From Flavobacteriales bacterium (lineage in GTDB: Bacteria > Bacteroidota > Bacteroidia > CAIKAF01): DNA of 64,000 nucleotides. Position 1 is the stretch's first letter, and the number at the start of each line of letters is the position of its first letter. Below are positions 37,651-47,345 of the stretch, piece by piece. Under the pieces are notes generated by a model. The model was not told the DNA's origin, searched no databases, and saw only the letters and a program-made list of their open reading frames with translations. The stretch is from NCBI GenBank assembly GCA_025451235.1, contig JANWKT010000020.1, positions 48,032 through 112,031 on the forward strand, read 5' to 3'. The position numbers were made by a program, and so were the translations under genes.

Positions 37651-38409
37651 TTAGTTCACTATGGAGATCCTACCATCCAATACCGGATTCAGTTTTTTAT
37701 TCTCAGTCGTTTTCAAACGGATATAATCCAAAATAGCATCTCTTAGTTTTTTTAAAGTGGTTTGAATGGTCCCGGTCGACCAGAAGTTCATATTATCCCC
37801 CCCTCCTGCCAGATAATCAGAAGTGGCAATTTTATAAGTCCTTTCCTTCGAAAATTTTTCTCCGTTTATTTTTATATCTGCGGGAACCAGGTTTCCGTTC
37901 ATCTTTTCGAGCTTCATCTCCACCCCAGCAACAGGAACACCTCCCTTACTGGCAGCATAACTAAAAATTTCATTTACTTTCTCCCCCTTCAGTGTTACAA
38001 TTACAATCTCGTTATCAAATGGCATGAGTTCGTAAACGTTTCTTATGGTAATATCACCCTGGGGCAATGACGATCTTAATCCACCATTGTTCAACAGGCA
38101 AAAGTCGGTTTCCTGATCAATGGTCCTTGAAAATTCAAGCACCAGGTCGGCAACAAAGTTCCCTAATATAGTTTCTGGTTCACCGTTTACCTTAGGCATG
38201 GCAACTTCACTATTCCCTATTACTTTATTCATTTCGGCATCTATTCCCAATTTATATGGATCGATGATCTTATTGAGAGCTGCATTTTCGGTTTCGTTCT
38301 TAATACCAGCATACGATGCATGATATACAAGGTCTTTTTTTACCGGTTGGCAGGCTACCAACCATAAAATAACCAGGCTCATCAATCCGGTTTTATTTAT
38401 TTTGTGCAT
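37651..38409 (-). CDS. 5'-nucleotidase C-terminal (substrate-binding) domain lipoprotein
   Basis: Lipoprotein signal. NGGLRSSLPQGDITIRNVYELMPFDN matches the 5_nucleotid_C domain. Abuts the metallophosphatase gene. Confidence 0.75.
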   Translation of the reverse strand: MHKINKTGLMSLVILWLVACQPVKKDLVYHASYAGIKNETENAALNKIIDPYKLGIDAEMNKVIGNSEVAMPKVNGEPETILGNFVADLVLEFSRTIDQETDFCLLNNGGLRSSLPQGDITIRNVYELMPFDNEIVIVTLKGEKVNEIFSYAASKGGVPVAGVEMKLEKMNGNLVPADIKINGEKFSKERTYKIATSDYLAGGGDNMNFWSTGTIQTTLKKLRDAILDYIRLKTTENKKLNPVLDGRISIVN

Positions 38410-38860
38410 GTTCCTCTATCCATTCCAGCAAAGGTAGTTGAACCGGATGAATTTTTTGTTTAGCTTTTGTTAAATCGAAGAAATCCAATTGGTCAATTTC
38501 ATCAAAAGTAGCTGAGGTAACCGACTTGGGCGGCCATATCAATTCAAAGGTGTTACTTTTAAAATTTTCTATATTCAGGTCCTCTACTTCCAATGCCCAA
38601 CTATATAAGGTTTTACCGTTTTTATATTTTACTATAGGCAGCTCTATAAAATTTCCTTCCTCCAGCTTCAGGTTGGTTTCCTCAAAAAATTCACGTTTGG
38701 CAGTTGTTAATGGATCCTCCTCTTTTTCAACCAACCCTTTTGGAATTCCCCATGCGCCTTCATCCTTTTTTTTATAAAAAGGTCCACCCGGATGTGCCAA
38801 TAAAAAATGGAGCTGGTCATTCACTTTTTTAAAAACCAATATTCCGGCGCTTACAGGCAT
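38393..38860 (-). CDS. NUDIX hydrolase
   Basis: NUDIX box GIPKGLVEKEEDPLTTAKREFFEETNL. Confidence 0.8.
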   Translation of the reverse strand: MPVSAGILVFKKVNDQLHFLLAHPGGPFYKKKDEGAWGIPKGLVEKEEDPLTTAKREFFEETNLKLEEGNFIELPIVKYKNGKTLYSWALEVEDLNIENFKSNTFELIWPPKSVTSATFDEIDQLDFFDLTKAKQKIHPVQLPLLEWIEEHAQNK

Positions 38861-38904
38861 ATGAGAGGTGGGTGAAGAATTGAATGCACGAATATAGTTT
38901 TTTT

Positions 38905-39026
38905 TATGGGCATTGCACCTCCCCTCAACCCCTTCTCCACAATCCTTGGTGCACCGGGTGTTCTGCAGTAGTCCTCGTTTCGGCTACGCCTCAACTGTGG
39001 GCTACTGCTGCCACCCCCTATGCCAC
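38905..39026. other. GC-rich structured intergenic island (candidate small RNA or REP-like element)
   Basis: ~120 bp that stands out as locally GC-rich. Contains the palindrome ggtgcacc and a stem gcagtag…ctactgc (38965-38971 / 39002-39008). No ORF. Confidence 0.3.
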
Positions 39027-39112
39027 TAAAAACAAAAAATGAAATTTATTCGATCATAGTTCGGAGGTAATATATTGCGTCCATGCCTTACCAGAAAAAA
39101 AACAACAATAGC

Positions 39113-39637
39113 CTAATCTTTCAGTATCCGCAAATACTCCACCCATGGCCCCACATTCTCTTTATATTGTTTGGCCATCACCCGTACAATCTGGCCAATA
39201 TGTCCAAGGTCATGTACGGTCCAGGTAGAAAGTAATTGACGCAAGGTAACTTCCCCGAATTTAGGATGAATCCCTTTTTTATCCAACATATCCTCCGTTA
39301 CATTGAGAGACCTGATAAAGTCCAGGTTCTTTTTCCTTACTTCCTTAAATTCGGTGAGTAAGATCTGTAAAGATTTACCTTTACTTTCTTCGTACATGGC
39401 AAACCGGTCGAATACGGCAAAATCTTTGTCATTCTCCGAAAGGATCTTCTTGGTTCTTGCAATCCAATCGGTAGTTTCACCATGCACTAAATGACCAACC
39501 ACATCATAAGGACTAAAAGTTTCGCCCCCTTCATTGTTCATGGTCCATTCATCTGATAAACCGGCCAGTAAATGTTCGATAACGGTTGGAGTTCTTTCCA
39601 ATAACTCCATACTTTTGTTGAGGTTAAAAGGTATCAT
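39113..39637 (-). CDS. DinB/YfiT-family metal-dependent hydrolase (DinB_2)
   Basis: Spaced His residues (…HLVHGE…HDLGHIGQI…) and length fit the DinB superfamily. Confidence 0.7.
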   Translation of the reverse strand: MIPFNLNKSMELLERTPTVIEHLLAGLSDEWTMNNEGGETFSPYDVVGHLVHGETTDWIARTKKILSENDKDFAVFDRFAMYEESKGKSLQILLTEFKEVRKKNLDFIRSLNVTEDMLDKKGIHPKFGEVTLRQLLSTWTVHDLGHIGQIVRVMAKQYKENVGPWVEYLRILKD

Positions 39638-39647
39638 ATAAACTTCA

Positions 39648-40601
39648 TTAAAAATATTCTATTTTTCTTTCGTACATCTTCACCGGCTTATCATCCTTGT
39701 ATTCTATTTTTTCAATCCAGTTTCCTAACGGATCATACTTATAAGCTGCACTATTTTTACTTTGTTTAAAAGTCTTATCCTTTAAATAGGTAATGGTGAG
39801 TTCCACCACTAGGCTTCCCCATTGATCATACTCATAGGTGATGAGAGATTCAGTAGCCATTTCGCTGTTAGGTAGGATGTATCTTTTTTCCATCATCTGG
39901 CCCTTTTCATTGTAGGTAGCGGTATAACGGTAAAAGCTCTTTCCGGCATACCATTGCGTAGAGATATATTCGATCATGTTCCCTTTATCATCATAGGTAT
40001 AAGTAGAGGTATCATGTAACGCTTGAGGATCATTGCCTGCTATGTACTGATGCTGTATAATACGGTCTTTTTTATCATATTTATTAAGCCACTTATCACG
40101 TAAAATATTTTCGTAGAAAAATTTCCACTTCATTAAATTTCCTCTTTTATCAAATTTAGCTATTGAATATTCCTCCAGTTTCGAATCGGGCCCATAATAC
40201 TCGTATCGTAGCAAATTGCCTTTCCCATTATAATAAAACAAGGAAAAACTATGCTTTCCATCACTGATCTTATAAGTATCTATTCTGGTATTTTCGCCTT
40301 TCTTATTATACGTATAGCTACTAGTCTTAAATAATTCATTGTTGATCGAGTAGTCCTTTTCTTCTTTTATATTTCCTGATTCGTTAAAAAAAATATGCCT
40401 GTCCAGGTCAATCCAGTTATCAATCACCTTTTCTCCTTTTACAACTATCCCCGCTTTTTCAACCGGCTTATATTGGCAACTCTCCATATATTTAACCTTG
40501 CCTTTCAATCCCATTTCATCCCAGTCTTTCTTATAATGCTGCGCATAAGAACATACGGTAGTGAAGCTAAACAAAAACAATATATAGGGTATACGAGACA
40601 T
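39648..40601 (-). CDS. Secreted YD-repeat-like protein
   Basis: Signal peptide. Repeated Y.YD..GN / YTYNKKGE motifs. Confidence 0.5.
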   Translation of the reverse strand: MSRIPYILFLFSFTTVCSYAQHYKKDWDEMGLKGKVKYMESCQYKPVEKAGIVVKGEKVIDNWIDLDRHIFFNESGNIKEEKDYSINNELFKTSSYTYNKKGENTRIDTYKISDGKHSFSLFYYNGKGNLLRYEYYGPDSKLEEYSIAKFDKRGNLMKWKFFYENILRDKWLNKYDKKDRIIQHQYIAGNDPQALHDTSTYTYDDKGNMIEYISTQWYAGKSFYRYTATYNEKGQMMEKRYILPNSEMATESLITYEYDQWGSLVVELTITYLKDKTFKQSKNSAAYKYDPLGNWIEKIEYKDDKPVKMYERKIEYF

Positions 40602-40736
40602 TATTGGGTAAATATGATCAGGTAATAACGAAGGATAAACGAATATAAGTATAAAACCAATCCGAGAAAAAGAAATTAGGTTGCAAAGTCTCCAAAATCA
40701 ATAAAAAAAATTAATTTTAGCCATTCAACTGTATGA

Positions 40737-42155
40737 ATGGTTTTTAGCAGTATCATATTCCTGGCCTATTTTCTTCCTATCTTTTTGCTCCTCTATTTTA
40801 TTGTGGACAAAAAGTATAAGAATGGATTATTGCTCATAGGTAGTATTATTTTTTATAGCTGGGGAGCCCCTAAATTCATTTTCGTTATTCTGCTCACCAC
40901 CTTTATCGATTTCCACCTGGTAAAATTGATGGATTCAACCCAAAAGAAATTGCATAAAAGAATTTTATTGACCCTTTCCATTTCCATCAATGTAGGATTA
41001 CTCTTCTATTTTAAATATTGTAACTTTTTTATCGGTAACATCAATCGTGTCTTGGGCGTTGCCGGGGGTGGTGAGATCTCCTTGCTCAATGTGATCATGC
41101 CCATCGGGATCTCATTTTATACTTTCGAAACCATTACCTATGTAGTGGATGTGTATAGAAAAGTGCATAAGCCACTTAAAAAATTCTGGGACTATCAATT
41201 ATATATCATCCTCTTCCCCAAATTAATTGCCGGACCCATTATCCGGTATCATGACCTGGCCGACCAGATCACCGAACGTCCGGATAAAGTAGATGATAAA
41301 CTATTGGGATTTTATAGATTTGCTATTGGTCTGGGGAAAAAAGTAATTATTGCCAATTACCTGGGCGCTCAGGCCCAGCATATTTTTAATTGGGATTACC
41401 AACAATTAGATGCAGTGGGTGCATGGATGGGTGCATTATGTTTTACCTTCCAGATCTATTTTGATTTTGCAGGTTACAGTGATATGGCCATTGGTATTGG
41501 CAGAATGTTAGGATTTAAATTTCCCGAAAATTTCCATAACCCCTATACCGCTACTTCTATTACCGATTTTTGGAGAAGGTGGCATATTTCACTGGGCAAA
41601 TGGATGAAGAGTTATTTATACATTCCGCTTGGAGGAAACCGGGTAAAACCCGAAATACTGGTATACGTAAATTTATGCATCGTTTTCCTCATCTCAGGTT
41701 TCTGGCATGGAGCCATGTGGAGCTTTATTCTTTGGGGTGCTTACCACGGTATTTTCCTGGTGCTGGAAAGAGCTTTCTTGTTAAAAGTATATGATAAAAT
41801 AGGCAGAGTTCCTTCGATGATCATTACATTTATTATTGTGGTGGTGGGTTGGGTGCCTTTTAAGCTGGAAAGTGTTCGATTAAGCTGGCAATATATTAAA
41901 GCCATGTTTAGCTTTGAGGTAAGTGGCAAGTTCCATTGGGACCATGAATTTTATTTTTATTTTTTTCTGGCAGTTTTCTTTTCCTTCTTTACGGTTTCTA
42001 AATGGGGGCAAAAGATCCAGGATAGCATTTATGTAAAGGAATATGGAAATGTAAAACATGCCTTGGCAACAGTTATAAGTATTGCATTGATGATCGTATG
42101 TGTTGGTTTTATTGCGGCGAATGGATTTAACCCTTTTATTTATTTTAGGTTTTAG
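40737..42155 (+). CDS. MBOAT-family membrane O-acyltransferase (AlgI/DltB/PatA-like)
   Basis: Multi-TM protein with the conserved His in FWRRWHISLGKWMKSYLYIPLGGN. Confidence 0.85.
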   Translation: MVFSSIIFLAYFLPIFLLLYFIVDKKYKNGLLLIGSIIFYSWGAPKFIFVILLTTFIDFHLVKLMDSTQKKLHKRILLTLSISINVGLLFYFKYCNFFIGNINRVLGVAGGGEISLLNVIMPIGISFYTFETITYVVDVYRKVHKPLKKFWDYQLYIILFPKLIAGPIIRYHDLADQITERPDKVDDKLLGFYRFAIGLGKKVIIANYLGAQAQHIFNWDYQQLDAVGAWMGALCFTFQIYFDFAGYSDMAIGIGRMLGFKFPENFHNPYTATSITDFWRRWHISLGKWMKSYLYIPLGGNRVKPEILVYVNLCIVFLISGFWHGAMWSFILWGAYHGIFLVLERAFLLKVYDKIGRVPSMIITFIIVVVGWVPFKLESVRLSWQYIKAMFSFEVSGKFHWDHEFYFYFFLAVFFSFFTVSKWGQKIQDSIYVKEYGNVKHALATVISIALMIVCVGFIAANGFNPFIYFRF

Positions 42156-42167
42156 ACGAAAATTCAA

Positions 42168-43484
42168 ATGAAAATAGGGATCAAACATATTCTTTTAAGT
42201 ATTATCATGGTATTTCTGTTTCTACCATTGATACAGGAGAATTTTAATATTTCGAAGATACGACCTCTATCCGGAGATTATGTTCCTGCAGGTGACGTGC
42301 CCATTACCCGACATGGCTGGTTCAGCAAAAACTTCCAGGTTCAAAAAGAAAAGTTCCTTCACGATCATTTTGGATATCACAATACCTATATAAGATTACA
42401 TAACCAGATCGCCTTCCATTTATTTAAGAAGGCCAAAGCGAATGGAGTTGTGATCGGTAAGGAAAACTATCTATACGAGGAAAGATATATTGATGCATAC
42501 TATGGACAGGATTTTATTGGGGTGGATTCCATTCGCAAAAAAATGGTGATGGTTTCATTCCTGGCCGATACATTGAGAAAAATGAACAAAACTCTATTGT
42601 TGGTGTTTGCCCCTGGAAAGGGTTCTTTTTTCCCAGAATACATTCCTGAAAGTAAAAAAGCACCCAAGGGTATTACCAATATGGAAATTTATACGCGGTT
42701 TGCAAGGGAAATGGGTATACCCCATATTGATTTTCATACCTGGTTCATTCAGCAAAAAAATATTTCGCCATACCCCCTTGTTCCAAAATATGGTATTCAT
42801 TGGAGTCAATATGGAGCCATACTAGCCACTGATTCCATTTTAAAAACCATAGAGCAAACAAGAGGTATTGATATAGCCGACATTTACTGGACTCAATTGA
42901 CCACCGAAAAAGCAAAGGATTCGGATATCGATATTGAAAAGGGAATGAACCTTCTTTTTAAATTAAAGTCAGAGCATATGATGGCTTATCCGGAAGTATT
43001 GTTTGAAGATACTGTCGGAAAGGTGAAGCCTTCGGTTTTGGTGGTGGCTGATAGTTATTATTGGCAGATCTTTGCCATGGGTATTTCAAGCATTTTCGAC
43101 CGGTCGGATTTCTGGTATTATTTTAAGTCGGCCCATAGTCCGCGGTTCGATAAAACCAAAAAAATAGAAGATGTAGACGTCGTAGACGAAATCAATCGTC
43201 ATGAAGTGATCATTTTGATGTCGACAGATGTTCACTTACCCGAATTCGGATGGGATTTTATTGAAACCATGTTTGAATTTTATAAGGGTACTCTTCCAAG
43301 AGAAAAATTAGATCCTACTTATTACGACAAAATTGATGAAATGGTGGAATATATTCGAACAGACGCTATCTGGATGAAAAGTATTACCGAAAAAGCCGCA
43401 ACAAGAAAAATATCAGTCGACTCTATGTTATATATTGACGCCAAATGGAGTGTAGATGAGAATGAAAGGAAGAAGAAAAAATAA
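42168..43484 (+). CDS. AlgJ/AlgX-like periplasmic partner of the MBOAT protein (putative O-acetyltransferase)
   Basis: N-terminal TM anchor. GIHWSQYG resembles the D/G-x-HW motif of AlgJ/AlgX-type proteins. Sits immediately downstream of the MBOAT gene. Confidence 0.45.
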   Translation: MKIGIKHILLSIIMVFLFLPLIQENFNISKIRPLSGDYVPAGDVPITRHGWFSKNFQVQKEKFLHDHFGYHNTYIRLHNQIAFHLFKKAKANGVVIGKENYLYEERYIDAYYGQDFIGVDSIRKKMVMVSFLADTLRKMNKTLLLVFAPGKGSFFPEYIPESKKAPKGITNMEIYTRFAREMGIPHIDFHTWFIQQKNISPYPLVPKYGIHWSQYGAILATDSILKTIEQTRGIDIADIYWTQLTTEKAKDSDIDIEKGMNLLFKLKSEHMMAYPEVLFEDTVGKVKPSVLVVADSYYWQIFAMGISSIFDRSDFWYYFKSAHSPRFDKTKKIEDVDVVDEINRHEVIILMSTDVHLPEFGWDFIETMFEFYKGTLPREKLDPTYYDKIDEMVEYIRTDAIWMKSITEKAATRKISVDSMLYIDAKWSVDENERKKKK

Positions 43485-43492
43485 AGCTGGAT

Positions 43493-44428
43493 TTATACTA
43501 CTTTATTTTTAATTCCGGAAATGATCTTCAGGCTTCGGGTGATCATTTCTATATCAACCGGTGTATGACCCAATTCCTCTCCATCCGTTTCGACATATAC
43601 AGCGTTTTCCGATTCTATGCGGATCTTATGCGCTGTATGTTGAGATATAAAAGGAAGTTTTACAAAACTTCCATCATATAACTTATTGGTATTTTTTATC
43701 ACCTGCATCTTGGTAGGGTTGTGATAAACCGTAAGATCGAAGACCCCGTCATCAGGCATAGCATCAGGCAGCTGCATCATGGCTTTTCCATTGAAACGTC
43801 CATGCCCTATAGCAGCAGAAAAAATAATTTCATTCAATACTTCTTTATCGTCTAAGATCAATTTTACCACTTGAGGCTTATACTTGAGCAAAGAAGTGAA
43901 TACGGTCATTTTATAGTTGCTCGATTTTTTCTTGTTCACTCTTTGAACAACAAAAGCATCATAAGCTAACCCTGCAATATTGGCAAAATATCTCGATTTA
44001 CGTCCTTCATTGGTTTGGTAAGTAACCTTCCCTACATCGTGTAAAAAAAAAGATCCGGTTTTGATGGTTTTTATCGCCCCTTCGTAATCATGAGGAATAC
44101 CTACCGTCCTTACCCAATCGTTTCCACTGCCTACTGGAATAAATGCAAAAGCAATTTCGCTGGGAGATACCACCTGTTGATTAAAAATACCATTTACAAT
44201 TTCGTTCATGGTCCCATCTCCTCCAATCCCAATTATTTTTCGATGGCCTTCTTCAATTAATTTTTTGGTCAGATCAATTCCATGACCCACATGCTCGGTA
44301 AAGAATGGTTTAAACGATATCTTATACTTCTCAAGTAATTTAAATATCTTTTCCTTATGCTTGGTGGCTTTTTTCTTTCCTGCAAATGGGTTCAAGATTA
44401 CAACCCATTCCTGGTCTACTAATGTCAT
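43493..44428 (-). CDS. Diacylglycerol kinase-family lipid kinase (YegS/DagK-like)
   Basis: GGDGTMNEIVNGI catalytic motif. Confidence 0.8.
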   Translation of the reverse strand: MTLVDQEWVVILNPFAGKKKATKHKEKIFKLLEKYKISFKPFFTEHVGHGIDLTKKLIEEGHRKIIGIGGDGTMNEIVNGIFNQQVVSPSEIAFAFIPVGSGNDWVRTVGIPHDYEGAIKTIKTGSFFLHDVGKVTYQTNEGRKSRYFANIAGLAYDAFVVQRVNKKKSSNYKMTVFTSLLKYKPQVVKLILDDKEVLNEIIFSAAIGHGRFNGKAMMQLPDAMPDDGVFDLTVYHNPTKMQVIKNTNKLYDGSFVKLPFISQHTAHKIRIESENAVYVETDGEELGHTPVDIEMITRSLKIISGIKNKVV

Positions 44429-44528
44429 TTAAACTATTTTAGGCGAACAAATGTAATCAAATTAAGGTTGTATCAACTGATTGTTAATAGTTTTTACCAA
44501 TTGGTAAGCTCCTGAGGATCAAAAAGCT

Positions 44529-46586
44529 CTACCTAAAGCGGCTGCTAAAGTAGCCTTCATCGGCTATTGAATAAAAGTCGATGTTTTCTTCAGCCAATAG
44601 TTCCTTAAATTTTTTGATCTTCTTTACCGGATGATTGTTCAGGAGGATCACCTTTTTGAATCGAAACTGTTCCTTTAACAGATCTGTATCCAGGTATTTC
44701 AGGTTGGAAAGCACCAAATAATCGGTGGTCAATATATTTTCAGATCTGGGTATAAATCCTTCTATGAAAAAGAACCTGGTTTCTCTGATCTGGAAGCCTG
44801 GAAGGTTTAATTCAACATCCTCGTGTTGATCCACCCGGTGAAATATACCTTGATGCTGGTGGTTGGTTCTTATAAAAAGACCAAAATCCAGATCGGTGAG
44901 CGGTTTATTTAAAACGTTGATAGCTTCATGTCCACTTACATATTCAATATAGCTGGTTTTATTAAGGTTGTAAACATATATTTCCCTATGTTGCAGTATT
45001 TCAAATCTTCTATAAATAAGCGTGATTGTAAACAAACATAGGATTATTAATCCTACTCTTACATAAAGAACCTTCCTGTACTGAAAGTAGAAAACGGTTG
45101 AAAATAACAATAGATATATTAGCACAGCCTGCCATCGGTTGATGAGTAAATGATCAAGGTATGAATATGGAAGTGTTTCGATCCAATCAATACTTATATC
45201 CAATACCCATAGTAATCCATATAATAATTTCCCCAAAAGCATCGACAACCCAGGCACCTTAAAGAAAATAAGGGCCGCAATACCCACGTAAATGATCAAG
45301 GTGGAAAGAGGTACTGCGATGAGGTTGGAAATCAAAAAAGATAATGGGAATTGTCCAAAATAATATAATACAATGGGAGTAGTAAAAAAGGTAGCAGCTA
45401 ATGAAACTGCGGTTAATTGCCAAATCTGGTTGAGAAGCCAGTACTTTGAATCAAACCATTTCCGCATATATGGATATAAATAAATGATACCAAAGACAGC
45501 AATATAAGATAGCTGAAATCCTACATCAAATAAATAAGCAGGCTGCCAGAACAATAAAAGGAATGCTGAGCTGGATATATTATTATAGGCGTTCCCCTGG
45601 ACCTGGAAGCTGATAATAGGTATTAGCAGGGTAAACATAAGGGAAGCTCTAACAATGGATGGTGAAAAACCAGCGATCAATGCATAACCCCATAAGAAAG
45701 CAATCAGGATAAAGGCTTTCAGTACCCTGGTGTACTTATTTCTATCAAGCGGAAATAATATTTTAGACAATAGTAAAAAGATGATCCCCACATGCAAGCC
45801 TGAAACGGCCAGAATATGCATGGCCCCTACCCTGGAAAAACTGGTTTTGGTTTCCGGATCCAACTCCTCCTGATAGCCCACCAGCAATGCCGTTGCAATA
45901 GAGCTCAGGTTTTCATCAGGGATCATTGAATGAAAAACATGTCGGGTATATTGTACCGATGCTTCTGCAAAATCATCGAGGGTAAAATGGTGATCCTCGC
46001 CAACAATTCTAAAATCCTCCTGCTTTACATAGGTTTGATAAAATATCTCCTTTTTTTCAAGATATTTCTTGTAATTGAATTGATGAGGATTGGCAGGTGA
46101 TTTAGGACGTGCAATATTTGATCTTAAAAAAACAATGTCATCATACTTCCAGAATGCCTGATCTGAAAGAGGAGTATAAATGATCATTTTTTTGCGAATA
46201 TCTATCCAATTACCTCCAATCAACGCACTTTGTACATAAGCTTCCGATTTATACGACCTGGTTTTGGCCACTGGAGTTTGAGTAATTCTGCAGATTACCC
46301 CATCAGCATTTTCCAGATCTACCACCTTCACTTTCCGTGAGTGAAAGTGAGCATCCCCAAAACCCAATACAAAGAAAAATAGCTGAAGGGAAAGCCCCAG
46401 ATAGACCGTTTTCTTATGGTGTAATCTTATTTTCTTCGGAGCAAGGACGGAAAAAAGAAATACCGGGATAATAAGTAAAAAAAGCAAGTAAATAGAAATA
46501 GTGGCAGGTAAAAACTCGTTCAATACAATTCCGGCAATAAATGCTATCAATAACCTTAAAAAAGGATATTTTGAATACGATATCAT
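44529..46586 (-). CDS. comEC: ComEC/Rec2-family competence membrane protein (no recognisable metallo-beta-lactamase HxHxDH motif)
   Basis: DUF4131-like N-terminus followed by a poly-TM competence domain (…FQLSYIAVFGIIYL…). Start taken at the internal ATG. Confidence 0.7.
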   Translation of the reverse strand: MISYSKYPFLRLLIAFIAGIVLNEFLPATISIYLLFLLIIPVFLFSVLAPKKIRLHHKKTVYLGLSLQLFFFVLGFGDAHFHSRKVKVVDLENADGVICRITQTPVAKTRSYKSEAYVQSALIGGNWIDIRKKMIIYTPLSDQAFWKYDDIVFLRSNIARPKSPANPHQFNYKKYLEKKEIFYQTYVKQEDFRIVGEDHHFTLDDFAEASVQYTRHVFHSMIPDENLSSIATALLVGYQEELDPETKTSFSRVGAMHILAVSGLHVGIIFLLLSKILFPLDRNKYTRVLKAFILIAFLWGYALIAGFSPSIVRASLMFTLLIPIISFQVQGNAYNNISSSAFLLLFWQPAYLFDVGFQLSYIAVFGIIYLYPYMRKWFDSKYWLLNQIWQLTAVSLAATFFTTPIVLYYFGQFPLSFLISNLIAVPLSTLIIYVGIAALIFFKVPGLSMLLGKLLYGLLWVLDISIDWIETLPYSYLDHLLINRWQAVLIYLLLFSTVFYFQYRKVLYVRVGLIILCLFTITLIYRRFEILQHREIYVYNLNKTSYIEYVSGHEAINVLNKPLTDLDFGLFIRTNHQHQGIFHRVDQHEDVELNLPGFQIRETRFFFIEGFIPRSENILTTDYLVLSNLKYLDTDLLKEQFRFKKVILLNNHPVKKIKKFKELLAEENIDFYSIADEGYFSSRFR

Positions 46587-46697
46587 GAATTGGATTTGGG
46601 TACAATAAATATATACAGTAAATATGTTAAAAACCAAGCCCTTTAGATGTTAAAATATCAGGAAAAAGAAGTAATTTGGTCCTACTCAAAAGCATAG

Positions 46698-47345
46698 ATG
46701 AAAAGATACAGGAAGTTGATCTATATATTAATAGGAATTGTCATTGTGCCTTTCCTTTTTGTATTTGCATCAAATGCCATTATAAAAAAAACCACCCGCG
46801 ATAAAATATATAGTAATATTGAACATCTGCCAGTGAATGATATTGGTTTGGTGTTGGGTACCAGTAAATATACCCATGGAGGCCTTAATCAATATTATAG
46901 TTACCGGATGGAAGCAGCGGCTGAGTTATTTTTTGCCGGAAAGATCAAACATATCATTGTAAGTGGAGACAACCATGTAAATGGTTATAATGAACCGGAG
47001 CAAATGAAAGCTTCTTTGGTAAAGTTGGGTGTGCCTGCCGAAAAGATCACTTGTGATTATGCCGGATTGAGAACATTTGATTCGGTGGTAAGGCTAAAAA
47101 AGATCTTTCTCACGAACAAAGCCACCATCATTTCCCAAAAATTTCATCTGGAACGAGCATTGTTTATCGCCCAACATTATCATATTGATGCGGTGGGCTA
47201 TTGTTCAAAAGATGTAGGTGCCCAATATAATAAGACCACAAAATTCCGAGAACTCCTGGCACGTTCAAAAGCCGTGCTTGACTTATACGTTCTCGGCACC
47301 AAACCCAAACATTTAGGTACAGAAATTAAAATCAATATCCCATGA
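46698..47345 (+). CDS. SanA/YdcF (DUF218) family protein
   Basis: N-terminal TM helix. …HIIVSGDNHVNGYNEPEQMK…YAGLRTFDSVVR fits the DUF218 pattern. Confidence 0.7.
   Translation: MKRYRKLIYILIGIVIVPFLFVFASNAIIKKTTRDKIYSNIEHLPVNDIGLVLGTSKYTHGGLNQYYSYRMEAAAELFFAGKIKHIIVSGDNHVNGYNEPEQMKASLVKLGVPAEKITCDYAGLRTFDSVVRLKKIFLTNKATIISQKFHLERALFIAQHYHIDAVGYCSKDVGAQYNKTTKFRELLARSKAVLDLYVLGTKPKHLGTEIKINIP

Noticed and set aside
38905-39026. The GC-rich island as an SRP RNA, tmRNA or RNase P RNA
   Set aside because: I could not find the conserved SRP domain IV (…GGAAGCAGCC…), the tmRNA 5' end/CCA, or RNase P P4 motifs. It is left as an unclassified structured element.
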